DNA of 64,000 nt from Bacillota bacterium (GCA_012798695.1 JAAZMR010000046.1:2316-66315); one strand, 5' to 3'. Shown: positions 39,193 through 48,868, counted from the stretch's first letter. The notes: generated by a model not told the origin, from the sequence alone. Program-made: numbers and translations.

Positions 39193-40656
39193 CTACCTCC
39201 CCACGATGCCCATCCGCTCGATCACTGTTGACAAAGTTTCATCCAAAGCCGTAATCAGGCGAGCCGCTGCGTTATAGGCATGCTGAAAGCGAATCAGATT
39301 GCCCATCTCTTCATCTAAAGCTACACCAGAAACAGCTTCCTGGCGCCTCTCTAGGTGTTCCATCAAAATGGTCTGATTGGCCAGCATCCGCTGGGCCTCC
39401 TGGGAATCCACGCCTAGGCTGGCAATTAATGATGATAAGAAGTCCGGTATACTTCCATTAAGACTGGCGACCCTGTCTTCCTGTAAGAGGCTGGCAATAG
39501 CCAAGGCGTTATCACCATTGCCTGGCACTCGCTCTCCAGACTCACCTTCAAGACCAGCCGCAATATGCTTAAGGCCATCTTCCCCGAGGATCTGATCAGA
39601 CAGCCTGATGTCCTGGGCCCATTTGCCACTGCTAACATCGGCGAAGAAGTTGATCCCGTCGGGATATCGAGCATCCGGATCAGACTCATCGGCATCATAT
39701 CCATATCCTTGGCTGTGGACTTCATTGACTTTTGCAATCAGAGCCTCAGCCAGCCGATCTAGCTCTGTCATATACCCATCTCGCAGAATCTCGTCCCTCA
39801 GTTGAAAAAGCCCCTTCAGCTCTCCGCCATTGAACACGGCAGCGACATCATTGGTTCCTTCCCACACGATGCGAAAACCTTGTGGTTCTGCTCTTAGGGC
39901 TAAGGTGGATACATGGGAACCTTGTACTAGAGAACTGCCAGAGACACTGATATGGATCTGCAGTTCCTCATCGGTGACCGCCTGTATATTGGTTATCTGG
40001 GCCAGCTCTTTCACCAATAGATCCCGAGCATCTAGCAGATCATTGGGGTGATCGCCGGAGACAGTCACTGCCACAATCTGCTTATTCAGATCGGCAATTT
40101 GCTGGGCCAGGTAGTTAATCCGATTTACCTTGACCCCGATCGCACCATCAATCTCCTCGCGATAGCGATGAAGCTGGGTATAAGTGTGACTGATGCCATC
40201 TGCCAATAATGCCCCAGTTTGCCGCACCACTGCCCTGGCAGCTAGATCCGCCGGTGTCAAACTGAGCTGCTGCCACGATTTCCAGAAAGCCGTTAAGCTG
40301 CTGCTGATCCCCGTATCTGACGGCTCATTAAAGATCATCTCGATCTGTTCATATCCATCCATCAGTACCTGCCACTGCCCGGTGGTCTGGCTTTCCATGC
40401 GCAGCTGCATTTCAATAAACTCATCTCGTACCCGTTTGATCTCGGCCACTTCTACCCCTGTACCCATCTGCCCCGGAGTCCGCGGCCTATTGAAAGACGG
40501 TGCTGTATAGGGGTTGCTGGGTACCAGGGTGATCCGTTGGCGGGAGTAGCCTTCTGTGTTGGCATTGGCAATATTATGCCCTGTGACGCTCAATCCCATC
40601 TGGTGAGCCTGCAAGGCTCTAAGGCCCAGCTGCAGGCCGGCAAAAGTGCTTCGCAT
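39193..40656 (-). CDS. flgK: Flagellar hook-associated protein 1 FlgK
   Basis: MRSTFAGLQLGLRALQAHQMGLSVTGHNIANANTEGYSRQR is the FlgK N-terminus. RBS GGGAGGGAG. Confidence 0.9.
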   Translation of the reverse strand: MRSTFAGLQLGLRALQAHQMGLSVTGHNIANANTEGYSRQRITLVPSNPYTAPSFNRPRTPGQMGTGVEVAEIKRVRDEFIEMQLRMESQTTGQWQVLMDGYEQIEMIFNEPSDTGISSSLTAFWKSWQQLSLTPADLAARAVVRQTGALLADGISHTYTQLHRYREEIDGAIGVKVNRINYLAQQIADLNKQIVAVTVSGDHPNDLLDARDLLVKELAQITNIQAVTDEELQIHISVSGSSLVQGSHVSTLALRAEPQGFRIVWEGTNDVAAVFNGGELKGLFQLRDEILRDGYMTELDRLAEALIAKVNEVHSQGYGYDADESDPDARYPDGINFFADVSSGKWAQDIRLSDQILGEDGLKHIAAGLEGESGERVPGNGDNALAIASLLQEDRVASLNGSIPDFLSSLIASLGVDSQEAQRMLANQTILMEHLERRQEAVSGVALDEEMGNLIRFQHAYNAAARLITALDETLSTVIERMGIVGR

Positions 40657-40676
40657 GATCCTACTCCCTCCCTGCC

Positions 40677-41246
40677 CTATGCCCGGGCATCTAGTCTGCC
40701 CGGTTGGTAACCCTGCCGTTCCTTTTTCCCTGGTTCTCCGTAAATCATCTGCCCCGTATCGCCTGTTATTAAGCTCAAACAGTAGTTGGTCAAAGTCAGT
40801 GATTGATGCAGTAGATTGGCATTGAGCAAGTTAAGCTCCTGGAGACGCAACATGATCTCTTTTAGCTCCTCACCCTGATTAAAGAGCAGCTGCCCCATTG
40901 GGCTCGGGGCTCTAGTGGCAATCTGCTCCAAGCTCACGCCGGTCTGTGATTCCGGCAACCGCTCAGCGCTCTTCATCTGTTCTTCAATATCTGCCACCTG
41001 GCACAGCCGCTGGGATTCCCACTGCTCCAGTTCCTGTAATAGGCCCATTTCCTTAGCTATAACTTCCTCCAGGATCGCCAAATCGTCATCCAGAAGAGCG
41101 GCCTGTTGGCGCTCCGCCTCTGCCAGAAGTGCTTGCATGATGCTTATCTCTTGAGACAGAGTCTCAATCAATTTCTGAACCAAACTTGCGGGCAGTGGAA
41201 CTGTTCGGGGCTTTCCACCCCGCTTCCCGCAAAATGCCTGCTGCAT
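40677..41246 (-). CDS. flgN: FlgN-family flagellar export chaperone (YvyG-like)
   Basis: Helical Gln/Leu/Glu-rich FlgN-like sequence between flgM and flgK. Start at the ATG with GGGGGAGGA 5 nt upstream. Confidence 0.7.
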   Translation of the reverse strand: MQQAFCGKRGGKPRTVPLPASLVQKLIETLSQEISIMQALLAEAERQQAALLDDDLAILEEVIAKEMGLLQELEQWESQRLCQVADIEEQMKSAERLPESQTGVSLEQIATRAPSPMGQLLFNQGEELKEIMLRLQELNLLNANLLHQSLTLTNYCLSLITGDTGQMIYGEPGKKERQGYQPGRLDARA

Positions 41247-41272
41247 GGGAATCCTCCCCCAGCTCGTAAATT

Positions 41273-41584
41273 TCAAACATCAACATCTTCCCTAAAGACA
41301 TCATCATCCAGTATCTGCTCCAGCAATTTCTCTGCCACTGCCTCCCCGGATACCTGGTAGGTGCCATTGCGAATAGCAGCCCGCAGCTCTGCCACCTTCT
41401 CATTACGGATCTCGGGAATGGTCTTCAGCTCAGAGATAATCATCTGGAGCTCTTGACTCTGCTCAGAGATAGTGACCTTATCCAAAGGTACCCCGCTCTC
41501 TGTATCGGCCTGGCGAGGCCCAACTTGCTTTTGCTCTCGATACAATCTTGCTACAAGCTTGATCTGCTGGGGAGTGATTTTCAT
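41273..41584 (-). CDS. flgM: Anti-sigma-28 factor FlgM
   Basis: About 100 aa. C-terminal FlgM sigma-binding region ..EKVAELRAAIRNGTYQVSGEAVAEKLL... Confidence 0.85.
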   Translation of the reverse strand: MKITPQQIKLVARLYREQKQVGPRQADTESGVPLDKVTISEQSQELQMIISELKTIPEIRNEKVAELRAAIRNGTYQVSGEAVAEKLLEQILDDDVFREDVDV

Positions 41585-41660
41585 ACTCGGCAGCACCCGG
41601 GTGCAGACTGCTTCCCGGGCACTTACTCACCTCCGGCTTTACGACTCACTTTCAGTAATA

Positions 41661-41688
41661 CTATCGGCAACAACCGACTCGGCCTTTA
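41661..41688 (-). promoter_or_regulatory. Sigma-D-type promoter upstream of flgM
   Basis: Minus strand TAAA-N16-GCCGATAG (7/8 to GCCGATAT). The -35 overlaps the stop codon of the yvyF-like gene. Confidence 0.55.
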
Positions 41689-42114
41689 ATCTCCCCGACG
41701 GCGACGGATGATGTTGTTGGCCACGTGAAATCCAGCCTTGCCTTCTTCCCGAGGTCTACTCTGGGGCTTTTGTCCCCCCAATAGTCTTTTAGCATCTTGC
41801 TGTAGACGGGCAGCACATTCAAGGCAAAAACGGCCACTAGTAATCGCCATCCCACAGCCTTCACAGCGCAGCCCCAAATCTTCGATACCGGCCACATCCA
41901 GCCGCCCACTGCGTACCCATTCGTAGAGCCGTTTTCTCTCCACTCCTGTCTCTTTCGTGATCTCAATTACGGTGGCTGTGGCATGCTCCTTCAGATACTC
42001 TTTCACCTGATCAAATTGTTCCTGGTCCTTCCGTTCACACTCAAGGCAAAACTTCATGCTTGGATTAGGAGCACTAAACAGCTTGCCACAATTGGCACAG
42101 TTGCGCAACGCCAT
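41686..42114 (-). CDS. Flagellar operon zinc-ribbon protein (YvyF-like)
   Basis: Two CxxC-x14-CxxC zinc ribbons (CANCGK...CLEC, CEGCG...CLEC) around a helical core, in the position of B. subtilis yvyF between comFC and flgM. RBS AAGGGAGGA 7 nt before the ATG. Confidence 0.8.
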   Translation of the reverse strand: MALRNCANCGKLFSAPNPSMKFCLECERKDQEQFDQVKEYLKEHATATVIEITKETGVERKRLYEWVRSGRLDVAGIEDLGLRCEGCGMAITSGRFCLECAARLQQDAKRLLGGQKPQSRPREEGKAGFHVANNIIRRRRGD

Positions 42115-42149
42115 TTTGCCATCCTCCCTTCTTGGCCCCGGCATCGGCC

Positions 42150-42998
42150 CTAATCAAAGCTAGGGCCATGACCGAGGAGGTCTTGCTCATCTACAGCAAT
42201 GGACAAAGTCAACCCATAGACTTCTTGCGCCCCTGCCTGCAATAAAGTCCGGGTGAGCTCGTCTAGTGTAGCCCCTGTAGTATAAATATCGTCAATTACA
42301 CACAAAACCTTACCGGCGACCTGCCCCGGCCGGGGGACCTGAAACACGCCTTGCAAGTTGGCTCGCCTGGCTCTCGGCCCGAGATGGCTGGAAGCTCCCG
42401 TCGCTGACCGCCGGATCACAGTACCCGGTTCTAGGGCCGGGACTTGCAGAAAATCCTGCAGGCCATCCAGCAAGAGCTCCGCCTGGTTATATCCCCTCTG
42501 CCGCAACCGCTCTGCATAGAGGGGTACTGCCAGTAAGTGAGCTGTCTTTGGCACCCACTGGCGATGCTTGGCCACCAGGCCCATAATTTGCCCCAAGTCG
42601 ATGCCCAATTGACGATTATAGCGGTATTTCAGCTCTTGAATCTGCTCCTTCAGGGACCCGGTATAGATACCAATGGCGCGATTTCGCACGAAAAAGTGCT
42701 GTGTTCTAGTGCAATCAGAGCAACGAGCTTCCCCCGAGGGCCTCTGCCGTATGGCTAAGGGGCGACCACACAGCTGGCAAAAAACCGCTCCCACCCAGGG
42801 CATATGCTCCAGGCAAGACTGACAGAGCCCCAGCAGAGCCCCAATGGATAGTTTACGGCCACAAATTGAACAGAGCGCCGGTGACGGAAATAACAAATCT
42901 AGTCCAGACTGCCATATATTGTTTAGATACTCCCCTATAAGGAACCTCTTTCCCCACGCATTCCGCTTAGGAAATTTGGTCAAAAAAAGCACCTCCAC
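42150..42998 (-). CDS. comFC: ComF family protein ComFC (phosphoribosyltransferase-domain competence protein)
   Basis: N-terminal Cys-rich zinc finger (..LCSICGRKL...LCQSC...CQLCGRPL...CSDC..) and the C-terminal PRTase motif ..VLCVIDDIYTTGATL... The real start is probably internal to the track ORF. Confidence 0.8.
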   Translation of the reverse strand: MEVLFLTKFPKRNAWGKRFLIGEYLNNIWQSGLDLLFPSPALCSICGRKLSIGALLGLCQSCLEHMPWVGAVFCQLCGRPLAIRQRPSGEARCSDCTRTQHFFVRNRAIGIYTGSLKEQIQELKYRYNRQLGIDLGQIMGLVAKHRQWVPKTAHLLAVPLYAERLRQRGYNQAELLLDGLQDFLQVPALEPGTVIRRSATGASSHLGPRARRANLQGVFQVPRPGQVAGKVLCVIDDIYTTGATLDELTRTLLQAGAQEVYGLTLSIAVDEQDLLGHGPSFD

Positions 42999-43089
42999 CC
43001 TCCGGGGCCGGCCGGTGCTATCTATTCCTACATTGTTGCTACTTCCTGACTAGGCGGCAAAAACCTGCTGCCCCTATGCCCTCAGTTAA

Positions 43090-44049
43090 TTAAGAGACAG
43101 CCGGATCGTGCTTGCCCTCGGCACTCGTGCCTGGCGTCGTCCCCTCCTCAGTATCCCGAGGAAGTCTCACTGAAGCTTGGCTTGTGGCTGGAGGTTTCAG
43201 AATGATTTTGCCTTCATCTACTTCTACACTCAATCGGTTACCGATCCCTAGAGCTTCCCGATACTCTGGCGGAATCTGCAGCCGGCCAGCCGAATCAAGC
43301 ACCACATACTCGTCATGAGATGCTTCATCTTTTTTAACTTCCTCTCCTGCTGCTAAGGGCCGCCGGCGTACAGTTTCAGTACTGGTCTTCCCATCTCGAA
43401 TCTCCACAAAACGATCCACAGCATAGGCCATCCCCCGGTCATGGGTGACGATTACGATCGTAACTCCATAGGTATGGCTGACATCATGGAAGACCTCCAA
43501 AACCTGGCGGCTGGACTTGGTGTCCAGCGCACCGGTGGGTTCATCGGCTAGAAGCACCTTAGGGCGATTAGCTAAAGCTATGGCAATCGCTACCCGCTGC
43601 TGTTCGCCCCCGGACATCTCTAGGGGACGGTGGTGCAGCCGATGGCCCAAACCCACAGCCTCCAGAAGCTCCCGGGCCCAAGCTCGCTCAACCTTGCCAT
43701 TGAGGATCATGGGTACCAGTACATTTTCTTCAGCAGTTAAGTAGGGAACTAGATTGCGGGCTACATTCTGCCAGACAAAGCCAACAATCTCCCGCTTATA
43801 AGCCAGCCGCTGCTTGCGAGTAAGCCGCCCCAGATTCCACTCAGCCACTACGGCTGAACCAGCTGTAGGCTCATCCAGACCTCCTAGGATGTTCAGTAAA
43901 GTGGACTTACCACTACCACTCGCCCCGATAATGGCCATGACCTCTTGAGGATAGACCTTTAGGTCTAAACCCTGTAAAGCCATGACTTCCAGATCAGCGA
44001 TCCGATAGATTTTGACGAGGTTATCGCAACTGATGATGGGTGTCATCAT
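43090..44049 (-). CDS. ABC transporter ATP-binding protein (MacB/LolD-like) with a C-terminal AbrB/SpoVT-like swapped-hairpin domain
   Basis: Walker A GASGSGKST, signature LSGGEQQRV, Walker B LLADEP. A 90-aa C-terminal extension carries ..VVLDSAGRLQIPPEYREALGIGNRLSVEVDEGKIILKP.., which closely matches the SpoVT/AbrB domain consensus. Its ATG overlaps the permease stop (ATGA). Confidence 0.85.
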   Translation of the reverse strand: MMTPIISCDNLVKIYRIADLEVMALQGLDLKVYPQEVMAIIGASGSGKSTLLNILGGLDEPTAGSAVVAEWNLGRLTRKQRLAYKREIVGFVWQNVARNLVPYLTAEENVLVPMILNGKVERAWARELLEAVGLGHRLHHRPLEMSGGEQQRVAIAIALANRPKVLLADEPTGALDTKSSRQVLEVFHDVSHTYGVTIVIVTHDRGMAYAVDRFVEIRDGKTSTETVRRRPLAAGEEVKKDEASHDEYVVLDSAGRLQIPPEYREALGIGNRLSVEVDEGKIILKPPATSQASVRLPRDTEEGTTPGTSAEGKHDPAVS

Positions 44050-46895
44050 ACTTCCTCCCCTAGTTTTACAGCCTGATGGAGCCGCATGCGGGATAAAATG
44101 ACCACCAAACCAATTAGGCCAAACAGCAGCATTCCACCTAAGGTCAGGTAAATCTTGTTGAGGTCGGAACTCGAGACAATAATCATGAACTCCGGCACCA
44201 AGCCAGTGAGATCGGCGCTGACCTTAGTAAAGGGCAAGAACAGCCGACTAGCCCAACCTCCTAGAACGGTACCAATACCGACTGCCACCCCCACGGATAA
44301 CAGCTGCTCGACAAACAACATGGAAATCAATTGGCCTACCGAAAGTCCGATCGCCCTTAACACACCAAACTGCAAGAATCTCTGCCGCAGGGATAGGAAT
44401 GTATAGAAGAAAAAGCCCATGAGGCTGATCACTACCGATACCAAAAACCCAATAGACAGCATGCCAAATAGGCCCATCCTTTGAGGCTCCTGGCGGCCTT
44501 CAATCAGCATGCCTCTTACATCATCAATACCGACGACCCATATGCCCTGTTCGCGCAAAGAGGTGACTATATCTGTCAAATTAGCCTTACCATTTACCTT
44601 GAGCCATACATCATAGGGCTGGATCAAGTACTCATCCTGAAGGTAATTGAGGTTTCCAACGAAGAAAGGCTGTTTGTCAGGGTATAGGGTGGGCCAGTAA
44701 TCGACAACTCCGACTACGTAAAAGTCTATATCCTGGCCACCTAGTGCTAGAGTAACCCAGTCCCCCACCCGCACCCGGTATCTTTCCACTAATTCCCGAG
44801 AAGCCAGCACGCCTTCATAGTGTGTAGTCAAGGCATTGAGGTAGGCATACATATGATATTCGTTTAAGTCCGGCCGAGTCCAAGCTGTCTTGGCAAAATC
44901 CCATGGGTCAACAGCCATGAGATTAGCTCTGCCGCGGAATTGCCCAGCTGAACGTACATTGACTTCCAGGCGCTGTACCCGGGCAGCTGCTTCGACTCCG
45001 GGCAGCTCTTTGTGGATGTAGAAGGGTGGCTCATAGATGGTCACTTCCGCCTCCTCTGCTGCCCCTGCGGTTGCTCCCAGGGACATACCTGCTCCCATAC
45101 TGCCTCCCCCACCGGGCAAGGCCCACTGCTCCCGCAGAACCACATCACTGCCATAGCGATAGGTAAGCTGGTCAGCGAAGTTCTTATCAAGGGTGCGGGC
45201 GGTAGAAGCCCCGTAAATTCCCATGGATACAGTCAAAATGATTAACAGGATCAAAGGACTGCACTGCCCCGGATTTCTTTCTAAGTGTAAGGTAGTCAAG
45301 GAAAGAGCGATCCCTGCCCAACGGTCGGTTGCCCAAGCCAGAAACCGCATCAACCACGGATAAAGCCTCAAGGCGATCAACGCGGCTGCCACCAAGAATA
45401 GCACGGGAATCACAAACAAGGCCGGATCTAGAATCAGCTGTGATTGGGTGACATCTTGCGCGGTAGTAACCAACAATGCCTGTCTCTGCAAGGAACGGTA
45501 CCCAAGGAAAACAAGGCCCGCCAACAAGAAGTCTAGATAATAGCGCTGCCATACAGGAGCCTGAGATTTACGCACCATTTCCTGTTTATATGTAACTATA
45601 CTGTGCCGAGTAGCTGAGATCACAGGAATCAGACAAGCTAAGACCGCGGTAATGCCACCGATCAGCGCATAGCGATAGGCCTCCCGCCCCAATCTCACCG
45701 GCAGTCCCGTGCGATCAACAAAACTCAAGAAGCCCGCGGATGCTCCAATCACTTTGGAAATTAGAAGCCCTAACCATGGTCCAATCGCAAAGGCAGCGAT
45801 TCCCAGGATGAGCCATTCGATCAGATATGAAAAGACAATTTGTCCGGCACTGGCTCCCCGGCTGCGGAGCATAGCAATCTCCGTCTGGCGCCGCCCCACA
45901 GTCAGGCTGGCAGCCAGCACGATAAAATACAAGACCATACCCAGGATGGGGATACTGAGCACAAACATCAAGAACCTCAAGTAAAAGGCCTTTCCTCGAA
46001 AATACTTGAAGATAGTCAGAGGAGAAAGCCACAATCGGGTACCAGGCAAGATCTGATTGGCCGTGTTTTCCAGATATTCCAGGTCAGCAATTAGATCAGA
46101 CAGCTGATCGACATAAACATCTGTATGATCAAATACCCAATACCAGACCAGCTCATAGACTGCTACCCCTTCCATTTGCATCAAATGGTCTTGCAGAAAT
46201 TCCTCACTGATAAAAAAACTGTTTTCGAAGGGGGGATAGTAAGCCCAGACCGGTGATCCCTTGGTCTCTTCCTTGGGTCGGAAAACTCCTACCACTTCAG
46301 CAGTTATGGTCTTCATTTCCCGATCATAATCACTGGTGGCAGCGAGCTTCATGACATACTGTCTACCTACTAGAAGCTCCTTGCTATCTAGGGCTTTTTC
46401 GTCGACGATTACCTCCAAAACCCCGTCCTCCCGAGGGAGAGCCGTAGGCCACCGCCCTTCGATCACATCTACCCTATCTTCTAACCCACTCATGTACCGC
46501 AGGTTACCATATTGTTCCTTTTTCATCAGTTCTGGGTCTACCGGGCGTATGCCCCGGGTATCCACGGTTCCGATTCTGGAATAGTAAAGCAGTGGAGCTC
46601 CTATACGGTCTTCCACTTCTTCCAGAAAGTCCATGAGTCGTCGGTATTTCGCTAGATCGACATCCCCCTCCATGCCGGGGTCGTTCAGCAAGAACAGAGT
46701 ATATGGCAAACGCCCTCTACTAGTGCTTTTTACCCAATCCCGCATCAAGGAATACTGCAGCGCGCCATTTGTATAGATGGGAACCGCTGAGACTATGGCT
46801 ACCGCCATTACCAAACCCAAGAGGAGCCCCAATTCCAAGCGCCAATTCCTGACTATCTGTTTGACTACGATCCATAAAACCGTAAGCAGCCGCAT
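44046..46895 (-). CDS. ABC transporter permease with two FtsX domains fused in one 949-aa chain
   Basis: Two repeats, each with a large extracytoplasmic domain followed by a 4-TM FtsX module. The C-terminal FtsX signature is ..FGVLRAIGLSVGQLISMLFVEQ... Confidence 0.85.
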   Translation of the reverse strand: MRLLTVLWIVVKQIVRNWRLELGLLLGLVMAVAIVSAVPIYTNGALQYSLMRDWVKSTSRGRLPYTLFLLNDPGMEGDVDLAKYRRLMDFLEEVEDRIGAPLLYYSRIGTVDTRGIRPVDPELMKKEQYGNLRYMSGLEDRVDVIEGRWPTALPREDGVLEVIVDEKALDSKELLVGRQYVMKLAATSDYDREMKTITAEVVGVFRPKEETKGSPVWAYYPPFENSFFISEEFLQDHLMQMEGVAVYELVWYWVFDHTDVYVDQLSDLIADLEYLENTANQILPGTRLWLSPLTIFKYFRGKAFYLRFLMFVLSIPILGMVLYFIVLAASLTVGRRQTEIAMLRSRGASAGQIVFSYLIEWLILGIAAFAIGPWLGLLISKVIGASAGFLSFVDRTGLPVRLGREAYRYALIGGITAVLACLIPVISATRHSIVTYKQEMVRKSQAPVWQRYYLDFLLAGLVFLGYRSLQRQALLVTTAQDVTQSQLILDPALFVIPVLFLVAAALIALRLYPWLMRFLAWATDRWAGIALSLTTLHLERNPGQCSPLILLIILTVSMGIYGASTARTLDKNFADQLTYRYGSDVVLREQWALPGGGGSMGAGMSLGATAGAAEEAEVTIYEPPFYIHKELPGVEAAARVQRLEVNVRSAGQFRGRANLMAVDPWDFAKTAWTRPDLNEYHMYAYLNALTTHYEGVLASRELVERYRVRVGDWVTLALGGQDIDFYVVGVVDYWPTLYPDKQPFFVGNLNYLQDEYLIQPYDVWLKVNGKANLTDIVTSLREQGIWVVGIDDVRGMLIEGRQEPQRMGLFGMLSIGFLVSVVISLMGFFFYTFLSLRQRFLQFGVLRAIGLSVGQLISMLFVEQLLSVGVAVGIGTVLGGWASRLFLPFTKVSADLTGLVPEFMIIVSSSDLNKIYLTLGGMLLFGLIGLVVILSRMRLHQAVKLGEEV

Positions 46896-46907
46896 GTGGA
46901 CACCTCT

Positions 46908-47927
46908 TCACTTGCCGATCACAGTCTGGCCTTCTTCCAATCCTTTGAGAATCTGAACATGGGTATCACTTTCAATCCCCACCACCACATCGACTTCTCG
47001 GCGAGCATCTCCATCCAGCACTCTGACAAACTTGCGGCCCATGTAATTACGAACCGCCGCCTTGGGAACCAACAGAGCTGTATCCGCCTCTTCAATCAAG
47101 ATGGTCACCTTCACCAGGCTGTCAAACTCCAAAGGTATCTCCGCATCCTTCAACCTAATTTGCACAACCGGTTTGTTATCAAGACTAGAGCCACCTTCTT
47201 CGGAGATGGCAATCTGGTGAATATACCCATCTACCCAGGTCTCACCAGTGACATTAACCAATACCCTCTGGCCTCTCACCAGCTTATTCGCGTCAGCACC
47301 ATAGGGAAGCGTGACCTGGATCTCCAACTCTACTGGATCAGCAACTTTGACTACAGTCTTGTAAGCTTCCACGGCATCTCGTTCGCGAGCATAAACACTT
47401 ACCACCCGGCCACTGAAGGGAGCCCGGATGGTAGAAGCCTCCATTTCGGCTTCCAGCCGGTCTACCTCCAAAATCGCCTTCTCTTTATCCAATTCCTTTA
47501 GTTTCAACTCATAGGGGCTGACTTCTAGTCCTAAGAGGCTCTTGACCCGCTGGTATTCCATTTTTACCCGTTCCAAATCCAGCTTGGCCAATTGCAGCCG
47601 ATGCTCAAGATCCCCAGTCTCCAGCTTGGCCAAGATCTGATTTGCCTGAATAGCATCACCTGCTTCTACTAGAAGCTCCCGTATCCGGCCACTGCGGCGA
47701 AAGTAGAGAGTTGATTCTCTCACCGCCGCTACTCGCCCTAGGGTCCGCAGTTCATCGGCGATATAGCCTCGTTCTACGGTATATGTAACGGTACGCACCT
47801 CCGGTGGTGACAGCAGCGGTGGTGGTGTATCCACCCGCTCTTCCGGAAGTAAGGAACATCCCGCCCCTAGGGCAAATAGTAATATAGCCAAAACAACCAC
47901 CATCAGCTGTCGCCATTGCCGCAACAT
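46908..47927 (-). CDS. HlyD-family periplasmic adaptor (membrane fusion protein)
   Basis: N-terminal anchor with possible lipobox-like LFALGAGC, coiled-coil hairpin region (..LQLAKLDLERVKMEYQRVKSLL..), lipoyl/beta-barrel motifs and the ..IRAPFSGRV.. motif. Confidence 0.85.
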   Translation of the reverse strand: MLRQWRQLMVVVLAILLFALGAGCSLLPEERVDTPPPLLSPPEVRTVTYTVERGYIADELRTLGRVAAVRESTLYFRRSGRIRELLVEAGDAIQANQILAKLETGDLEHRLQLAKLDLERVKMEYQRVKSLLGLEVSPYELKLKELDKEKAILEVDRLEAEMEASTIRAPFSGRVVSVYARERDAVEAYKTVVKVADPVELEIQVTLPYGADANKLVRGQRVLVNVTGETWVDGYIHQIAISEEGGSSLDNKPVVQIRLKDAEIPLEFDSLVKVTILIEEADTALLVPKAAVRNYMGRKFVRVLDGDARREVDVVVGIESDTHVQILKGLEEGQTVIGK

Positions 47928-47929
47928 CC

Positions 47930-48643
47930 CTACTCCCCCTCCAGCACCCTGCCATCAGCCATTTCATAGACTTTATCACCAAACTCTTCTACGGCAGGAT
48001 TATGGCTAACTACACAGATTGTGACACCATGTTCGTCAACCAAACTCCTAAACAGCTCCATAACCTTCATACTCGTAGCAAAATCCAGCTCCCCAGTGGG
48101 TTCGTCGGCCAGAATCAGGCTGGGGCTGATAGTCAAAGCCCGCGCAATAGCAACCCGCTGCTGCTCTCCGCCACTTAGCTCCAGGATTCTGTGCTGCGCC
48201 CGCGGACCTAATCCCACCAATTCCAGACACTCCTCTGTGCGCGCCCGCCGCTCCCCTAAGGACCGTCCCACGATTTTCAGTGGTAGTTCCACATTTTCAT
48301 AAGCTGTGAGATAAGGCAGGAGGCCAAAAGACTGAAAGACAAAACCCACCTCTTTCCGGCGCCAGCGGGTCAGCATCCTTTCATTAAAGGTGCTAATATC
48401 CTCTCCCTTAAAGAGTACCTGCCCACGAGTTGGTTGATCCAAGCCTCCCATCATGTTCAAAGCTGTTGTCTTACCTGAACCCGAACGGCCTTTGATCACT
48501 ACCAATTGACCGGGAAAAATGGACATATCTACACCATCTAAGGCACGTACTTCCGTGTTTCCGGTCTTGAAAACTCGATGGACATCCCGCAGAGCTACCA
48601 GAGGCCGGGTAATGTCACTGGTCTGCTTTACCGCTATAGACAT
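47930..48643 (-). CDS. ABC transporter ATP-binding protein (MacB/LolD-like), second ATPase paralog of the operon
   Basis: Walker A GRSGSGKTT, signature LSGGEQQRV, Walker B ILADEP. 237 aa with no extension. It ends 2 nt before the adaptor-gene start. Confidence 0.9.
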   Translation of the reverse strand: MSIAVKQTSDITRPLVALRDVHRVFKTGNTEVRALDGVDMSIFPGQLVVIKGRSGSGKTTALNMMGGLDQPTRGQVLFKGEDISTFNERMLTRWRRKEVGFVFQSFGLLPYLTAYENVELPLKIVGRSLGERRARTEECLELVGLGPRAQHRILELSGGEQQRVAIARALTISPSLILADEPTGELDFATSMKVMELFRSLVDEHGVTICVVSHNPAVEEFGDKVYEMADGRVLEGE

Positions 48644-48816
48644 AGAAGTTGGCGCTATAGGCCCGCAGCTGGCGGCTGACTAGCGCCATCGCTCCTTTCC
48701 AATCAGACTTGCAGTATCGCTCTGATTGCTGACTGTTTTTATGTATCTTCATATAGCTCACATCTTTGTGTAATATCTTCGCTGTACTGCTGCGACTTCC
48801 TCCCTTCCATAATGCT

Positions 48817-48843
48817 CCGGTTTTCCACAATTACACAAACCGG
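48817..48843 (-). terminator. Weak stem-loop after the hydrogenase large-subunit gene
   Basis: ccggttt-N13-aaaccgg inverted repeat, about 26 nt after the stop. No clear U-tract. Confidence 0.3.
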
Positions 48844-48868
48844 AAGCTTGTTTGCTCATGCCTCTTTG

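Noticed and set aside
42999-43089. Terminator between the ABC operon and comFC
   Set aside because: The region is GC-rich but has no clean inverted repeat plus U-tract, so read-through is considered more likely.
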